Source: Pseudobdellovibrionaceae bacterium (GTDB lineage: Bacteria; Bdellovibrionota; Bdellovibrionia; Bdellovibrionales; Bdellovibrionaceae). From it: a stretch of DNA of 20,383 nt. Location: the NCBI GenBank assembly GCA_044359815.1, contig JBIKLL010000049.1, positions 1 through 20,383 on the forward strand, written 5' to 3'. This document shows positions 1-8,831 of this stretch, piece after piece (position 1 is the first letter of the stretch; each line of letters starts with the position of its first letter). A model generated the notes under the pieces. The model did no database searches, was not told where the DNA came from, and saw nothing but the letters and a program-made list of their open reading frames with translations. A program made the translations under genes and the position numbers.

Positions 1-141
1 CCACGGAAAAAAATCACCAGGTCCAACCTTGGGCGGCAAACCAACCCGCACAAGCTCATACTGTGGCGTAACATTAGTATCAAAAGCAAAACTGCTCACT
101 CCGATCATAAGAACCGCTAAAAATGCTGTCCATGCCTTCAT
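1..141 (-). CDS. 5' part of a secreted hypothetical protein (runs off the window edge; not in the ORF track)
   Basis: Hand translation from ATG at 141 gives MKAWTAFLAVLMIGVSSFA|FDTNVTPQYELVRVGLPPKVGPGDFFPW, with no stop before base 1. It has a Sec-type signal peptide (K, hydrophobic core, S-F-A cleavage). The start is an ATGA overlap with the upstream gene's stop (138-141), with an SD-like GAGGGG just upstream. Confidence 0.8.
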   Translation of the reverse strand, partial: MKAWTAFLAVLMIGVSSFAFDTNVTPQYELVRVGLPPKVGPGDFFPW

Positions 142-1265
142 TGTGTCATCCCCTCATTATTATCCATAAAAATCTTTGCAGATTTGTTCATAAAATATCC
201 GTTCTTAGCTCGGAATATATATTTTGGCTTATCATAATCCGGTTCGATCAATTTTCTGAGTCTTTTTATTGTCACGTATATTTTATTATCGTGTACAGAT
301 GGATCATAAGATTGTCGCCAAACCTGCTCAACCAGATATTCTTTCGAATAAACCTGCCCTTGATTTTGGCAAAACAGCTTCAGCAAATCCAACAAGATAA
401 ATTGGTTTTTAAAATCAACCTTGCCTAATTTACGTTCAACCACTGTGTGGTCTTCCAGTTGAAACACTAAATCGTAAGTCTTTTTAAAATCAGAACCCAA
501 TTGTGACAATTCATTTTGAATCAGTTTGTTTAATCTGATTAAATTTCCTGGATCCACAATCTTGGCAGCCATATTTAAATAAGTTCTGCCCATTTCCTTA
601 TCACCAGACAAAACATAGGCACGGCCCAGCTGAAATAATAACCAACCTTGCGCATAAAAAGCTCTGCGGTTTTTCAGATCATCATAGGCTGACCACAATA
701 GCTCGATTGCCTGATCATACTTTTTTAAATCCAGCATAATATTGGCATTAAAAATCTGGGACGAAATTTTAATTTCTGGTATTTCGATGACCTGAAAAAA
801 CACCTGCAGATTATAAATTTCTTTAAGTGCTTCTTGAACCTTGCCTAAATCTCGATATGAAATCGCGATCCCGTTGATGGCATAACAAATATCTGGTTTG
901 TGATCGTGAGCCAAAGCAATTGCCAAAGATTTTTGAAAATACTCAAGAGCGATTTCAGGTTGGGATTTGTAACTGGCGCACAAACCCAGGGTGTAATAAG
1001 TTTTTGCAGAAAGCTCTAAGCCCTCTTTCAAAACCAAATCCTGCAACAACTCTTTGATCTGAACGATTTCTTCATGTTGTTCGCGCTCAGCATAAATTCT
1101 AAGCAGCAAACACTGACATTCCAAAAATTTATTAAAGTTTTTGGATTCATGAAATCCAGTCGCAGCCGAACTTAAAGCTGTGACTGCTTTATCAAACTCA
1201 ACTCGGTCAGCGTAAAGTTGACCGAGTTCCAAATTTTGATCATGAATTGACTGGAAATTGCTCAT
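138..1265 (-). CDS. TPR-repeat protein with C-terminal OmpR/PhoB-type winged-helix DNA-binding domain (putative one-component transcriptional regulator)
   Basis: Helical TPR-like repeats (AKTYYTLGLCASYKSQPEIALEYFQKSLAIA; YAINGIAISYRDLGKVQEAL; LFQLGRAYVLSGDKEMGRTYL). The C-terminus has the Trans_reg_C pattern (LLKLFCQNQGQVYSKEYLVEQVW...DNKIYVTIKRLRKLIE...YIFRAKNGY). No receiver domain is visible. Confidence 0.85.
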   Translation of the reverse strand: MSNFQSIHDQNLELGQLYADRVEFDKAVTALSSAATGFHESKNFNKFLECQCLLLRIYAEREQHEEIVQIKELLQDLVLKEGLELSAKTYYTLGLCASYKSQPEIALEYFQKSLAIALAHDHKPDICYAINGIAISYRDLGKVQEALKEIYNLQVFFQVIEIPEIKISSQIFNANIMLDLKKYDQAIELLWSAYDDLKNRRAFYAQGWLLFQLGRAYVLSGDKEMGRTYLNMAAKIVDPGNLIRLNKLIQNELSQLGSDFKKTYDLVFQLEDHTVVERKLGKVDFKNQFILLDLLKLFCQNQGQVYSKEYLVEQVWRQSYDPSVHDNKIYVTIKRLRKLIEPDYDKPKYIFRAKNGYFMNKSAKIFMDNNEGMTQ

Positions 1266-1269
1266 TTAA

Positions 1270-1304
1270 TGTAAGGTTCTTACAAATTCTTAATTGCCAG
1301 TCAA
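1270..1304 (-). promoter_or_regulatory. Candidate promoter/operator of the TPR-wHTH gene
   Basis: Minus strand TTGACT (1304-1299), 16 nt, then TAAGAA (1282-1277). TAAGAA occurs twice at 10-bp spacing (1292-1287, 1282-1277). A palindrome TGTAAG-N3-CTTACA lies at 1270-1284. No SD precedes the ATG. Confidence 0.35.
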
Positions 1305-1355
1305 ACGATATGAAAATTTAATTTTCTAAAGAATAATTTAACTCAAAAAATTCTG

Positions 1356-3905
1356 CTAGTGATGCTGTTGAAATTCATGGCCGGTATAATTAGCTTTTAT
1401 ACCCAAATCTCTGCCAGGAATTTTAAAAAGCTCCTTCGCATTTTTGATATCAAGTGCATTTACAAGCACTTGATCCACGTGATCTACCAAAATTATTTTG
1501 AGGTCTTTCAAAATTTCTTTCGGGATATCCTTTAAATCTTTTTCGTTTTCTTTGGGACAAATTATCGTCTTAATTCCACCTCGATGTGCGGCCATTATTT
1601 TTTCTTTCAGCCCGCCGATCTGCAGAACTTTTCCACGTAATGAGACTTCACCTGTCATCGCGATTGTACGACGTACTGGGATCTTCATTATCGCAGAAAC
1701 TATCGATGTGGTAAGCGCAATACCTGCTGAAGGACCATCTTTAGGCGTAGCTCCTTCAGGTAAATGGATATGCACATCAATATTCTGAAAATATTCTTTG
1801 TCCAAACCAAACAATGGGCCTCGGCTTCTGACATAACTTAACGCAGCCGAACAAGATTCTTTCATAACATCGCCCAGCTGACCGGTAACGGTAAACTTGC
1901 CTTTACCCGGTACTACTGCAGCTTCCACAGCCAACAAATCTCCGCCAACTTCAGTCCAAGCCATTCCATTTGTCAGACCGATTTCGTTTTGTTCTTCAAT
2001 TTTTCCATGTTTGTATTTTTCTGGACCCAGCAATTCAATCAATCGCTTTGGAGTCACGTTGAAGGCCTCTTTTGCCATCTTGGTTACAGTTTTCTTTTTC
2101 TTGCCGCTCATGTCTGAAATAGCTTCTGCTTTGACCAGTTCTTTTGCCAATTTTCTGCAAACGGTTCCCAATTGTCTTTCCAGATTTCTGACGCCGGCTT
2201 CGCGAGTGTAATATCTGATTACATTTCGCAAACTGGCTTCAGGCATTGTTACCTTGCGGTCTTCAAGCCCATGCATTTCAACCTGCTTAGGGATCAGATA
2301 ATTTTTGGCAATATGAAATTTTTCAGTCTCGGTGTAACCCTCAAGACTGATGATTTCCATACGATCCAATAGTGGTCTGGGCACTCCGTGCAGACTGTTT
2401 GCCGTGGCAATAAACATCACCTTAGATAAATCGTATTCTAATTCCAGATAGTGATCCTGAAAATTACAATTTTGTTCTGGATCTAAAACTTCTAGCATCG
2501 CCGAGCTCGGATCGCCTCTGAAATCAGAAGCCATCTTATCAATTTCATCCAGTAACAAAATCGGATTGCCTTTGTCGACCTTTCGCAAAGCCTGCAAAAT
2601 CTTACCTGGCATAGCTCCAACGTAAGTCTTACGGTGACCGCGGATTTCAGCTTCATCACGTACACCGCCCAGTGAAATTCTGGCAAAGGGTCGTTCGAGA
2701 GCACGAGCAATTGATCTGGCTAACGATGTCTTACCAACACCCGGAGGCCCCACCAAACACAGGATTGGACCTTTCAGATTTTTAGCAATGGCCAGAACTG
2801 CTAAATATTCCAAGATTCTTTCTTTGACTTTTTCCAGTCCCCAATGATCTTCATTTAAAATATTTTCGGCATTGTTGATGTCGTGTTTTTCTTCGGCAAA
2901 ATCATACCATGGCAATGACAACACCCAGTCGATGTAGTTTCTGACAACGGTGGCTTCTGCGCTCATCGGCGACATCATTTTTAATTTCTTGATTTCTTTT
3001 TTAACTTTTTCCTTAGCTTCAGCACTCATTTTCTTTTTGTTGGCTTTTTCTTCCAGGTCCTGCAGCTCGGCTTGGTAGTCGTCCTTTTCGCCCAGTTCCT
3101 TTTGGATCGCCTGCATCTGTTCGTTCAGATAGTATTCTTTCTGAGAACGCTCCATCTGTTTTTTTACACGGCTTCGGATTTTCTTTTCCACTTCCAATAT
3201 TTCGATTTCACCCGTCATCAGATTCAACAGATGTTCCAACCGCTTGCCAGCATCAAAAATTTCCAAAACTTTTTGTTTGTCCTCGAGCTTCAGATTCAAC
3301 TGTGCAACGATGATGTCTGACAACTCAGCTGGATTTTCGATTGTTGAAACTCTCATCAAAATTTCAGGCGGGATGCGCTTATTCAGTTTTACATAGGTTT
3401 CAAAAGTTGTTTTTACCGATCGGACTAATGCTTGAGCTTCAACAACGCTCTCAACATCGTCAGTGATTTCTTCGATGCTGACCATAAAGAAGTTTTCATG
3501 GGGCAAAAAGTTTTTAATTTTTACTCGGCGCTTGCCTTCGACCAACACTTTGACCGTTCCATCAGGCAGTCGCAACAACTGAATGATTGTTCCGATTGTT
3601 CCCACGGTGTAAATGTCTTTAGGTTCTGGATTGTTGGTTTTAGCATCCCGCTGTGCCGCCAAAACTATGTCAGTTTGCTTGCTCATGGCGTCTTCAAGAG
3701 CGTTGATGCTTTTTTCACGACCCACAAACAACGGCATCATCATGTGAGGAAATATAATCAAATCCCTCAGCGGTAACATCGGCAACTGATCTTTTGATTC
3801 TTTCAGTTCCTTTGAGCCTTCTGATTTTTCTGTTTTAGATCCTTCGGCTTTAGAGCTTTCGCCCTTAGAAGATTTTGATCCTTTAGAATCTTGAGACCCC
3901 GACAT
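1356..3905 (-). CDS. lon: ATP-dependent Lon protease (LonA)
   Basis: Lon N-domain ([12 protein letters not shown]), Walker [10 protein letters not shown], Walker B LLDEIDK, catalytic Ser motif PKDGPSAG and Lys motif GGLKEK. Strong SD AAGGAGG at 3917-3911. Lies downstream of clpX. Confidence 0.98.
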   Translation of the reverse strand: MSGSQDSKGSKSSKGESSKAEGSKTEKSEGSKELKESKDQLPMLPLRDLIIFPHMMMPLFVGREKSINALEDAMSKQTDIVLAAQRDAKTNNPEPKDIYTVGTIGTIIQLLRLPDGTVKVLVEGKRRVKIKNFLPHENFFMVSIEEITDDVESVVEAQALVRSVKTTFETYVKLNKRIPPEILMRVSTIENPAELSDIIVAQLNLKLEDKQKVLEIFDAGKRLEHLLNLMTGEIEILEVEKKIRSRVKKQMERSQKEYYLNEQMQAIQKELGEKDDYQAELQDLEEKANKKKMSAEAKEKVKKEIKKLKMMSPMSAEATVVRNYIDWVLSLPWYDFAEEKHDINNAENILNEDHWGLEKVKERILEYLAVLAIAKNLKGPILCLVGPPGVGKTSLARSIARALERPFARISLGGVRDEAEIRGHRKTYVGAMPGKILQALRKVDKGNPILLLDEIDKMASDFRGDPSSAMLEVLDPEQNCNFQDHYLELEYDLSKVMFIATANSLHGVPRPLLDRMEIISLEGYTETEKFHIAKNYLIPKQVEMHGLEDRKVTMPEASLRNVIRYYTREAGVRNLERQLGTVCRKLAKELVKAEAISDMSGKKKKTVTKMAKEAFNVTPKRLIELLGPEKYKHGKIEEQNEIGLTNGMAWTEVGGDLLAVEAAVVPGKGKFTVTGQLGDVMKESCSAALSYVRSRGPLFGLDKEYFQNIDVHIHLPEGATPKDGPSAGIALTTSIVSAIMKIPVRRTIAMTGEVSLRGKVLQIGGLKEKIMAAHRGGIKTIICPKENEKDLKDIPKEILKDLKIILVDHVDQVLVNALDIKNAKELFKIPGRDLGIKANYTGHEFQQHH
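3792..3890 (-). repeat. Degenerate x-S-K tripeptide repeat encoding the Lon N-terminal extension
   Basis: Residues 6-38 read [33 protein letters not shown] and precede the conserved Lon N-domain start. Confidence 0.6.
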
Positions 3906-3950
3906 TATGTCCTCCTTGTTTGAAGGTATGTCCGAGGCCTTGTTGCGAGC

Positions 3951-5246
3951 TTATGCTATTTCTTGTGAACCTTTTTTGCTTTCGTCTTCGGCTCGCAGCT
4001 CATCCTCAGACTTGTAGACCAACTTAGGCTGTACGCCTTCATCGATCACCTTTTCATCTATGATAACCTCTTTAACATTGGTCTTGGAAGGAATTTCGAA
4101 CATGATTTCTAGCATTGCGTGTTCGATAACACTTCTCAATCCGCGAGCTCCTGTTTTTCTTTTCAAAGCCATGGCAGCCACTGACCTAAGTGCCTTTTCT
4201 GTGAACTTTAAATCCACACCTTCATATGAGAATAATTTTTGATATTGCTTATAAAGAGCGTTTTTTGGCTTCACCAAAATATCCATCAAAGCGTCTTCAT
4301 CCAAAGGATCCAGCACTGCAACTACTGGTAATCTGCCGATAAATTCTGGTATCAAACCAAATCGTGACAAATCATCTGGCTCGACTTTGTGTAAAATGTT
4401 TTCGCCTTTATCACGCTCTTTTTCGGTTTTAATATCAGCAGCGATGCCCATAGTTTTATTTGATGTTCGCTGTTCAATAATTTTATCTAACCCGACGAAA
4501 GCCCCGCCCACTATGAACAGGATGTTGGTCGTATCAACCTGTATAAATTCTTGTTGCGGGTGCTTACGCCCCCCTTTGGGTGGCAAATTTGCCACTGTGC
4601 CTTCAAGAATTTTCAACAACGCTTGCTGCACGCCTTCACCAGAAACGTCCCTGGTAATAGATGGGTTTTCGGACTTGCGCGAAATCTTGTCGATTTCATC
4701 CACATAAATAACGCCTCTTTGGCATTTTTCGATATCCCAATCAGCTGCTTGCAGCAGTGCTAACACCACATTTTCAACGTCTTCACCGACGTAACCCGCT
4801 TCTGTCAGCGTAGTTGCATCAGCCATAGCAAAAGGAACGTTTAAAATTTTAGCAATTGATTGTGCCAAATAGGTTTTTCCAGATCCTGTGGGGCCAATCA
4901 ACAGAATGTTACTTTTAGATAACTCAACATCCTGATTTTTTTTGCCAGAAGTGATCGAATTAATCCTTTTGTAATGATTGTGAACTGCGACCGACAAGGC
5001 TTTTTTAGCACTGGTTTGTCCAATAACGTAATCATCCAAATAAGATTTTATATCCGCAGGTTTAGGAACTTTGAAAGAACCTTTGACCGAGGTTTCACGA
5101 TCTTTTTCCTCGTCAATAATATCAGTGCAAAGCTCAATGCATTCATCACAGATGTAAACACCAGGACCTGCTATTAATTTTTTAACTTCTTTTTGGCCTT
5201 TGCCACAGAAGCTGCATCTTAAACTGCCAGAGTCTTTTGTATTCAT
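3951..5246 (-). CDS. clpX: ATP-dependent Clp protease ATP-binding subunit ClpX
   Basis: C4 zinc finger CSFCGK...ICDECIELC, Walker A GPTGSGKT, pore-1 loop GYVG, Walker [20 protein letters not shown] loop and GARGLRS. Confidence 0.98.
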   Translation of the reverse strand: MNTKDSGSLRCSFCGKGQKEVKKLIAGPGVYICDECIELCTDIIDEEKDRETSVKGSFKVPKPADIKSYLDDYVIGQTSAKKALSVAVHNHYKRINSITSGKKNQDVELSKSNILLIGPTGSGKTYLAQSIAKILNVPFAMADATTLTEAGYVGEDVENVVLALLQAADWDIEKCQRGVIYVDEIDKISRKSENPSITRDVSGEGVQQALLKILEGTVANLPPKGGRKHPQQEFIQVDTTNILFIVGGAFVGLDKIIEQRTSNKTMGIAADIKTEKERDKGENILHKVEPDDLSRFGLIPEFIGRLPVVAVLDPLDEDALMDILVKPKNALYKQYQKLFSYEGVDLKFTEKALRSVAAMALKRKTGARGLRSVIEHAMLEIMFEIPSKTNVKEVIIDEKVIDEGVQPKLVYKSEDELRAEDESKKGSQEIA

Positions 5247-5251
5247 TGTGA

Positions 5252-5857
5252 TTAACTTCCTTTGCTCTTTCGGAACTCAACAACATTATCAATCAAGCCT
5301 AATTCTTTGGCTTCAGTTGCGCCCATATAATAATCACGCTCCATCATTTTGTACAAATGATCGTGCTCTTTGCCTGTGTGTCTAACGTAAATATCAACCA
5401 ACTTTTTCTTGGTCTTAATCAATTCCTGAGTGTGAATCTCGATATCTGTCACCTGACCACTGATGCCATTACCCATAATATGGGGTTGATGGATCATGAT
5501 GCGACCATTTGGCATGCAAAATCTTTTGCCTTTTGTGCCAGCTTGCAACAACAGAGAACCCATACTGGCAGCCTGTCCCAAGCAATAAGTTGCCATATCG
5601 CATTTCACAAACTGCATCATATCGTAAATCGCCAAACCAGCAGAAACGCTGCCACCTGGAGAATTAATATAAAAGTGTATATCCTTTTCGGGGTTGTCTA
5701 CCTCTAAAAATAAAAATTGTGCGATAATGCTGTTTGCAACTTCGTCGGTAACAGCTGTACCCAGAATCACAATACGGTCTTTCAGAAGTCTTGAGTAAAT
5801 ATCGTAACTTCTTTCACCACGAGATGTTTGCTCAATGACGTATGGTACTAGATTCAT
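5252..5857 (-). CDS. clpP: ATP-dependent Clp protease proteolytic subunit ClpP
   Basis: N-terminal [23 protein letters not shown] and YINSPGG. Catalytic triad motifs AASMG (Ser), IMIHQP (His) and ERDYY (Asp). SD-like AAGGGG upstream. Confidence 0.98.
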   Translation of the reverse strand: MNLVPYVIEQTSRGERSYDIYSRLLKDRIVILGTAVTDEVANSIIAQFLFLEVDNPEKDIHFYINSPGGSVSAGLAIYDMMQFVKCDMATYCLGQAASMGSLLLQAGTKGKRFCMPNGRIMIHQPHIMGNGISGQVTDIEIHTQELIKTKKKLVDIYVRHTGKEHDHLYKMMERDYYMGATEAKELGLIDNVVEFRKSKGS

Positions 5858-5926
5858 GGGTTCCCCTTTTTAGACTTTTACTTGGCTCTTAATATCTTAC
5901 CGCAGAACCAAAGGTTTCATATATTC

Positions 5927-5954
5927 TTCTCGGAAATCAGGGCAATAGCCTGAA
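5927..5954 (-). promoter_or_regulatory. Candidate sigma28 (FliA)-type promoter facing clpP
   Basis: Minus strand (T)TCAG-N15-TCCGAGAA versus the FliA consensus TAAA-N15-GCCGATAA. Spacing and the CCGA core are conserved, with several mismatches. Confidence 0.4.
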
Positions 5955-6030
5955 TCGACAAAGGTCTAGCTTACAACCTACCCTTATGATAATTCTCAAT
6001 CAATGTTTTGTAATACAATCGGAGGTCTCG

Positions 6031-7554
6031 ATGAATTTCGAACTTGTTAAAAATTTAAGCAGCAAATCTGACAAAAATGATACAGTCCTGGTGGTTTTTT
6101 CGACCAGCAGCAAATCTGATGAAAAATCTAAATCCAAAAAGGATCCTTCCGTCAAGGTCCACAGTCCAGGACTGGCAAAAATCTTGGAACCTTCTGTAAC
6201 AGACAAAATCATTACCGGAAAACCCAGCGAAGCTGTTGTTTTTCGCGAAATGAATCAGGAAGGCTGTCGCCATGTGGTCGTGATTGGCCTTGAGGAAAAA
6301 CCAGAACACGAAAACTACCGACAAATTGCCAGCACAATTTATTCAGCCACTAAATCACTGAATGCAAAAAATATTTTTATCGATGTCAGCCCACTTCCCG
6401 GTAACAAAAAACAAGGCCTTGATTACATCAGGGCATTGATCGAAGGCATGTTGCTGTCTTCCTATGATTTCAACGAACTCAAATCAGCTGATAAATCAAA
6501 ATCTAAATCTGAAACAAATTATTTTCTAGTTACAAAACTGGCCGGCGACAAGGACGCAAAACAGGTTGTGGCCGAAGCCTTGATCACTGGTGAGTGCGTG
6601 AATTTTTCGAGAAGGCTTGGTGACATGCCCGGAAATTTAATGACTCCAGCAATTTTGGCAAAAACCGCTGCAGACGCTGCCAAGGAAGCAAAGGTCAAAG
6701 CAACAATTTGGGATAAAGCCCGAATCAAAAAAGAACGTATGGGTGGACTGATCGGAGTCTCTAATGGCTCTGAACAAGAACCTCGATTTATTATTTTAGA
6801 ATACAATGGCGCAGGCAAAGGCCAAAAACCAATCGTTTTGGTTGGCAAAGGTTTAACTTTTGACAGTGGTGGTATTAGCATCAAGCCTTCGGCTGCCATG
6901 GAAGAAATGAAATACGACATGTGCGGAGCTGCTAATGTGATTGGCGCAACCTTGGCGATTGCAAAAATGAAATTGAAGGTTAATTTGGTTTGCCTGGTGG
7001 CTTCAACCGAAAATATGCCAGGTCCATCAGCGACTAAGCCTGGCGATGTTCACACTGCCAGAAACGGAAAAACTTTTGAGGTCAATAACACTGATGCCGA
7101 AGGGCGATTGGTTTTAGCTGATGCACTTTCATACGCAAGCGAGCTGAATCCTGAAATGATTATTGATGCAGCCACATTGACTGGAGCTATTTTGATGGCT
7201 CTGGGCAATATCCATACAGGTTATTTTACCCGCAATGCTGATTTGAAAAAGCAAATCGAAGCCGCTGCCGAGCGCAGTGGTGAATGGGTTTGGAATATGC
7301 CATTGACTGATTTTCATGTGAAAGACATGAAGGGCACATTTGCCGATTTATCCAATATTTCTAGCGGAAAAGGTGCGGGCAGTGCCACTGCTGCAGGTTT
7401 TTTGGAGCAGTTTGTGGGTGAAGGCATTCCATGGGCGCATTTTGATATCGCCGGAACTGCTTGGGCCACAGGCAACAGGCTTCCCTACAATCCTAAAAAA
7501 GGCGCCAGTGGTGCAATGATCAGAACCTTTGTTGAGCTGGTAAAGGGTCTCTAG
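6031..7554 (+). CDS. pepA: M17 leucyl (cytosol) aminopeptidase
   Basis: Metal-binding motifs VGKGLTFDSGG, MKYDMCGAA, NTDAEGRL, ATLTGA and HFDIAG. Start moved from 5986 to ATG 6031, which follows SD GGAGG at 6021-6025 (507 aa). Confidence 0.96.
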   Translation: MNFELVKNLSSKSDKNDTVLVVFSTSSKSDEKSKSKKDPSVKVHSPGLAKILEPSVTDKIITGKPSEAVVFREMNQEGCRHVVVIGLEEKPEHENYRQIASTIYSATKSLNAKNIFIDVSPLPGNKKQGLDYIRALIEGMLLSSYDFNELKSADKSKSKSETNYFLVTKLAGDKDAKQVVAEALITGECVNFSRRLGDMPGNLMTPAILAKTAADAAKEAKVKATIWDKARIKKERMGGLIGVSNGSEQEPRFIILEYNGAGKGQKPIVLVGKGLTFDSGGISIKPSAAMEEMKYDMCGAANVIGATLAIAKMKLKVNLVCLVASTENMPGPSATKPGDVHTARNGKTFEVNNTDAEGRLVLADALSYASELNPEMIIDAATLTGAILMALGNIHTGYFTRNADLKKQIEAAAERSGEWVWNMPLTDFHVKDMKGTFADLSNISSGKGAGSATAAGFLEQFVGEGIPWAHFDIAGTAWATGNRLPYNPKKGASGAMIRTFVELVKGL

Positions 7555-7751
7555 ATTTTCTGGATTAAGTGGTGGGGGTTAGCAACAGATTGCCACCAAT
7601 GACTGTTTACTGATTGTCTTCCGTGAATCTGTAGCTTTTTATGGTCACCCTCTATTGAAGAAATTTTCCTGATTCTGGTTCTGTCGCCAGAACGACTTGA
7701 TCCCCAATAGCTTTAACTAACAGGCACGCACATTTTGGCAACGGCAGTTGA

Positions 7752-7767
7752 TGGCACATATCCTGCT
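7752..7767 (+). promoter_or_regulatory. Candidate sigma54 (-24/-12) promoter
   Basis: TGGCACATATCCTGCT has exact GG-N10-GC spacing and the TGGCAC half of the RpoN consensus TGGCACG-N4-TTGCW. It ends 46 bp upstream of the 7814 ORF. Confidence 0.55.
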
Positions 7768-7813
7768 GAAGCCTTGAGTCTGCCCGTACTTATTAAACAG
7801 GGGGAGCTTAAGG

Positions 7814-8116
7814 GTGAAATTTTTAGCTGTCATTTTATTAGTCGCTTTCAGTGTTCAACACATTTTTGCATATCAAAAACGCAATCCAATCAACAGTGCA
7901 AACTCTGTTAAATACAATTGCGAAGGCCTGCAGGGACAATTGAACTACGAGGGCGCATTGATGATTAACGGCCGCCTTTATGCCAATTCCGAATCCGCCT
8001 GCACTGCCATTTTGGGATCAAAAGCTTCAGTGACACCAGGTCTTGAAATCACTGACACCCAAGACAGTGATGTAGAACTGTGCCAGTTAAATTACCACTG
8101 CCAGATTTCTGATTAA
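7814..8116 (+). CDS. Small secreted hypothetical protein with four cysteines
   Basis: GTG start after SD GGGGAG (7801-7806). Signal peptide MKFLAVILLVAFSVQHIFA. The ~80-aa mature part has 4 Cys. It fills an otherwise empty gap. Confidence 0.75.
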   Translation: MKFLAVILLVAFSVQHIFAYQKRNPINSANSVKYNCEGLQGQLNYEGALMINGRLYANSESACTAILGSKASVTPGLEITDTQDSDVELCQLNYHCQISD

Positions 8117-8757
8117 AAATTTATGATAATGGGATTTTGTCTGAGTTCAGAGATTTGTTTTTCTTTGACGATGATTTGCTCTGAAGCATTTTGTAAATTA
8201 AAAACTCTAACCGAAACAACCTTCCAGGTTTTAGGCCACTGATCAGACACATTGGTAAATTTTAATTTAACCTTACCAAATGTAAAATCGCCTTCAGCCA
8301 CAGGGGTTCCCAGCAATTCCTGTACTGGAATTTTTGGACCCGAAATATAATTAATATCGTTGTTAACTACGCATTCGCCTTGAACTTCCATTTTAGGCAA
8401 TTCGCTGTTGATCGCTTGGCCGTCACCAACAAATTCAATCACGACAACAGAATATTTTTTGCAGGCAAAAATCTTTTCGCTGCCTTCTGAAATTACAAAA
8501 TTTCCTAAATCAATACCTATGTTGCCAGAATCTGATGAAGCTTTTGCACCGGCAATCAGTCTTTCCTGAAACTTTTTGTCCAAGTCATCGCCCTGAATAT
8601 TTGAATAATCAAATTCTTTTCTGATGGCGGCTGGTGACCTGGAACTGGAGGCCAGTTCCAATTTAACCTGATGTTTTTTGGCTGTGAACGTGGACACAAA
8701 ATAGCCCGCAGTGAAAAAGACCGACAACCCAATTGCCACCAGCAAAACAGATTTCAT
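8113..8757 (-). CDS. Hypothetical protein with N-terminal membrane anchor/signal and a periplasmic beta-rich domain
   Basis: SD GGAGG upstream. Hydrophobic N-terminus (VLLVAIGLSVFFTAGYFV), an RSPAAIRK segment, and two Cys (possible disulfide). No family recognised. Confidence 0.8.
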   Translation of the reverse strand: MKSVLLVAIGLSVFFTAGYFVSTFTAKKHQVKLELASSSRSPAAIRKEFDYSNIQGDDLDKKFQERLIAGAKASSDSGNIGIDLGNFVISEGSEKIFACKKYSVVVIEFVGDGQAINSELPKMEVQGECVVNNDINYISGPKIPVQELLGTPVAEGDFTFGKVKLKFTNVSDQWPKTWKVVSVRVFNLQNASEQIIVKEKQISELRQNPIIINF

Positions 8758-8831
8758 CCTGAAACCTCCAGATTTAATATTACTTTGTAGATTCTAAATT
8801 TCACCGACAGAACTGAAATTATTATTTCAAT

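Noticed and set aside
123..428. 101-aa plus-strand ORF
   Set aside because: It is antisense to the wHTH domain of the regulator, has no SD and no recognisable motif; a shadow ORF.
1312..1326. Palindrome gaaaatt-t-aattttc downstream of lon as a terminator
   Set aside because: It is nearly all A/T with a 1-nt centre, too weak for a terminator and expected by chance in this AT-rich spacer.
1498..5707. Many 60-116 aa ORFs overlapping lon, clpX and clpP
   Set aside because: They are antisense or alternate-frame shadows of highly conserved genes with no independent coding signals.
5986..6030. Longer pepA start given by the ORF track
   Set aside because: ATG 5986 has no SD, while ATG 6031 follows GGAGG. 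The extra segment more likely contains promoter/leader sequence.
7566..7692. Short hairpins after pepA (tggtgg...ccacca; ttctgg...ccagaa) as a terminator or sRNA
   Set aside because: The stems are short or bulged and lack a U-tract; not distinguishable from chance.
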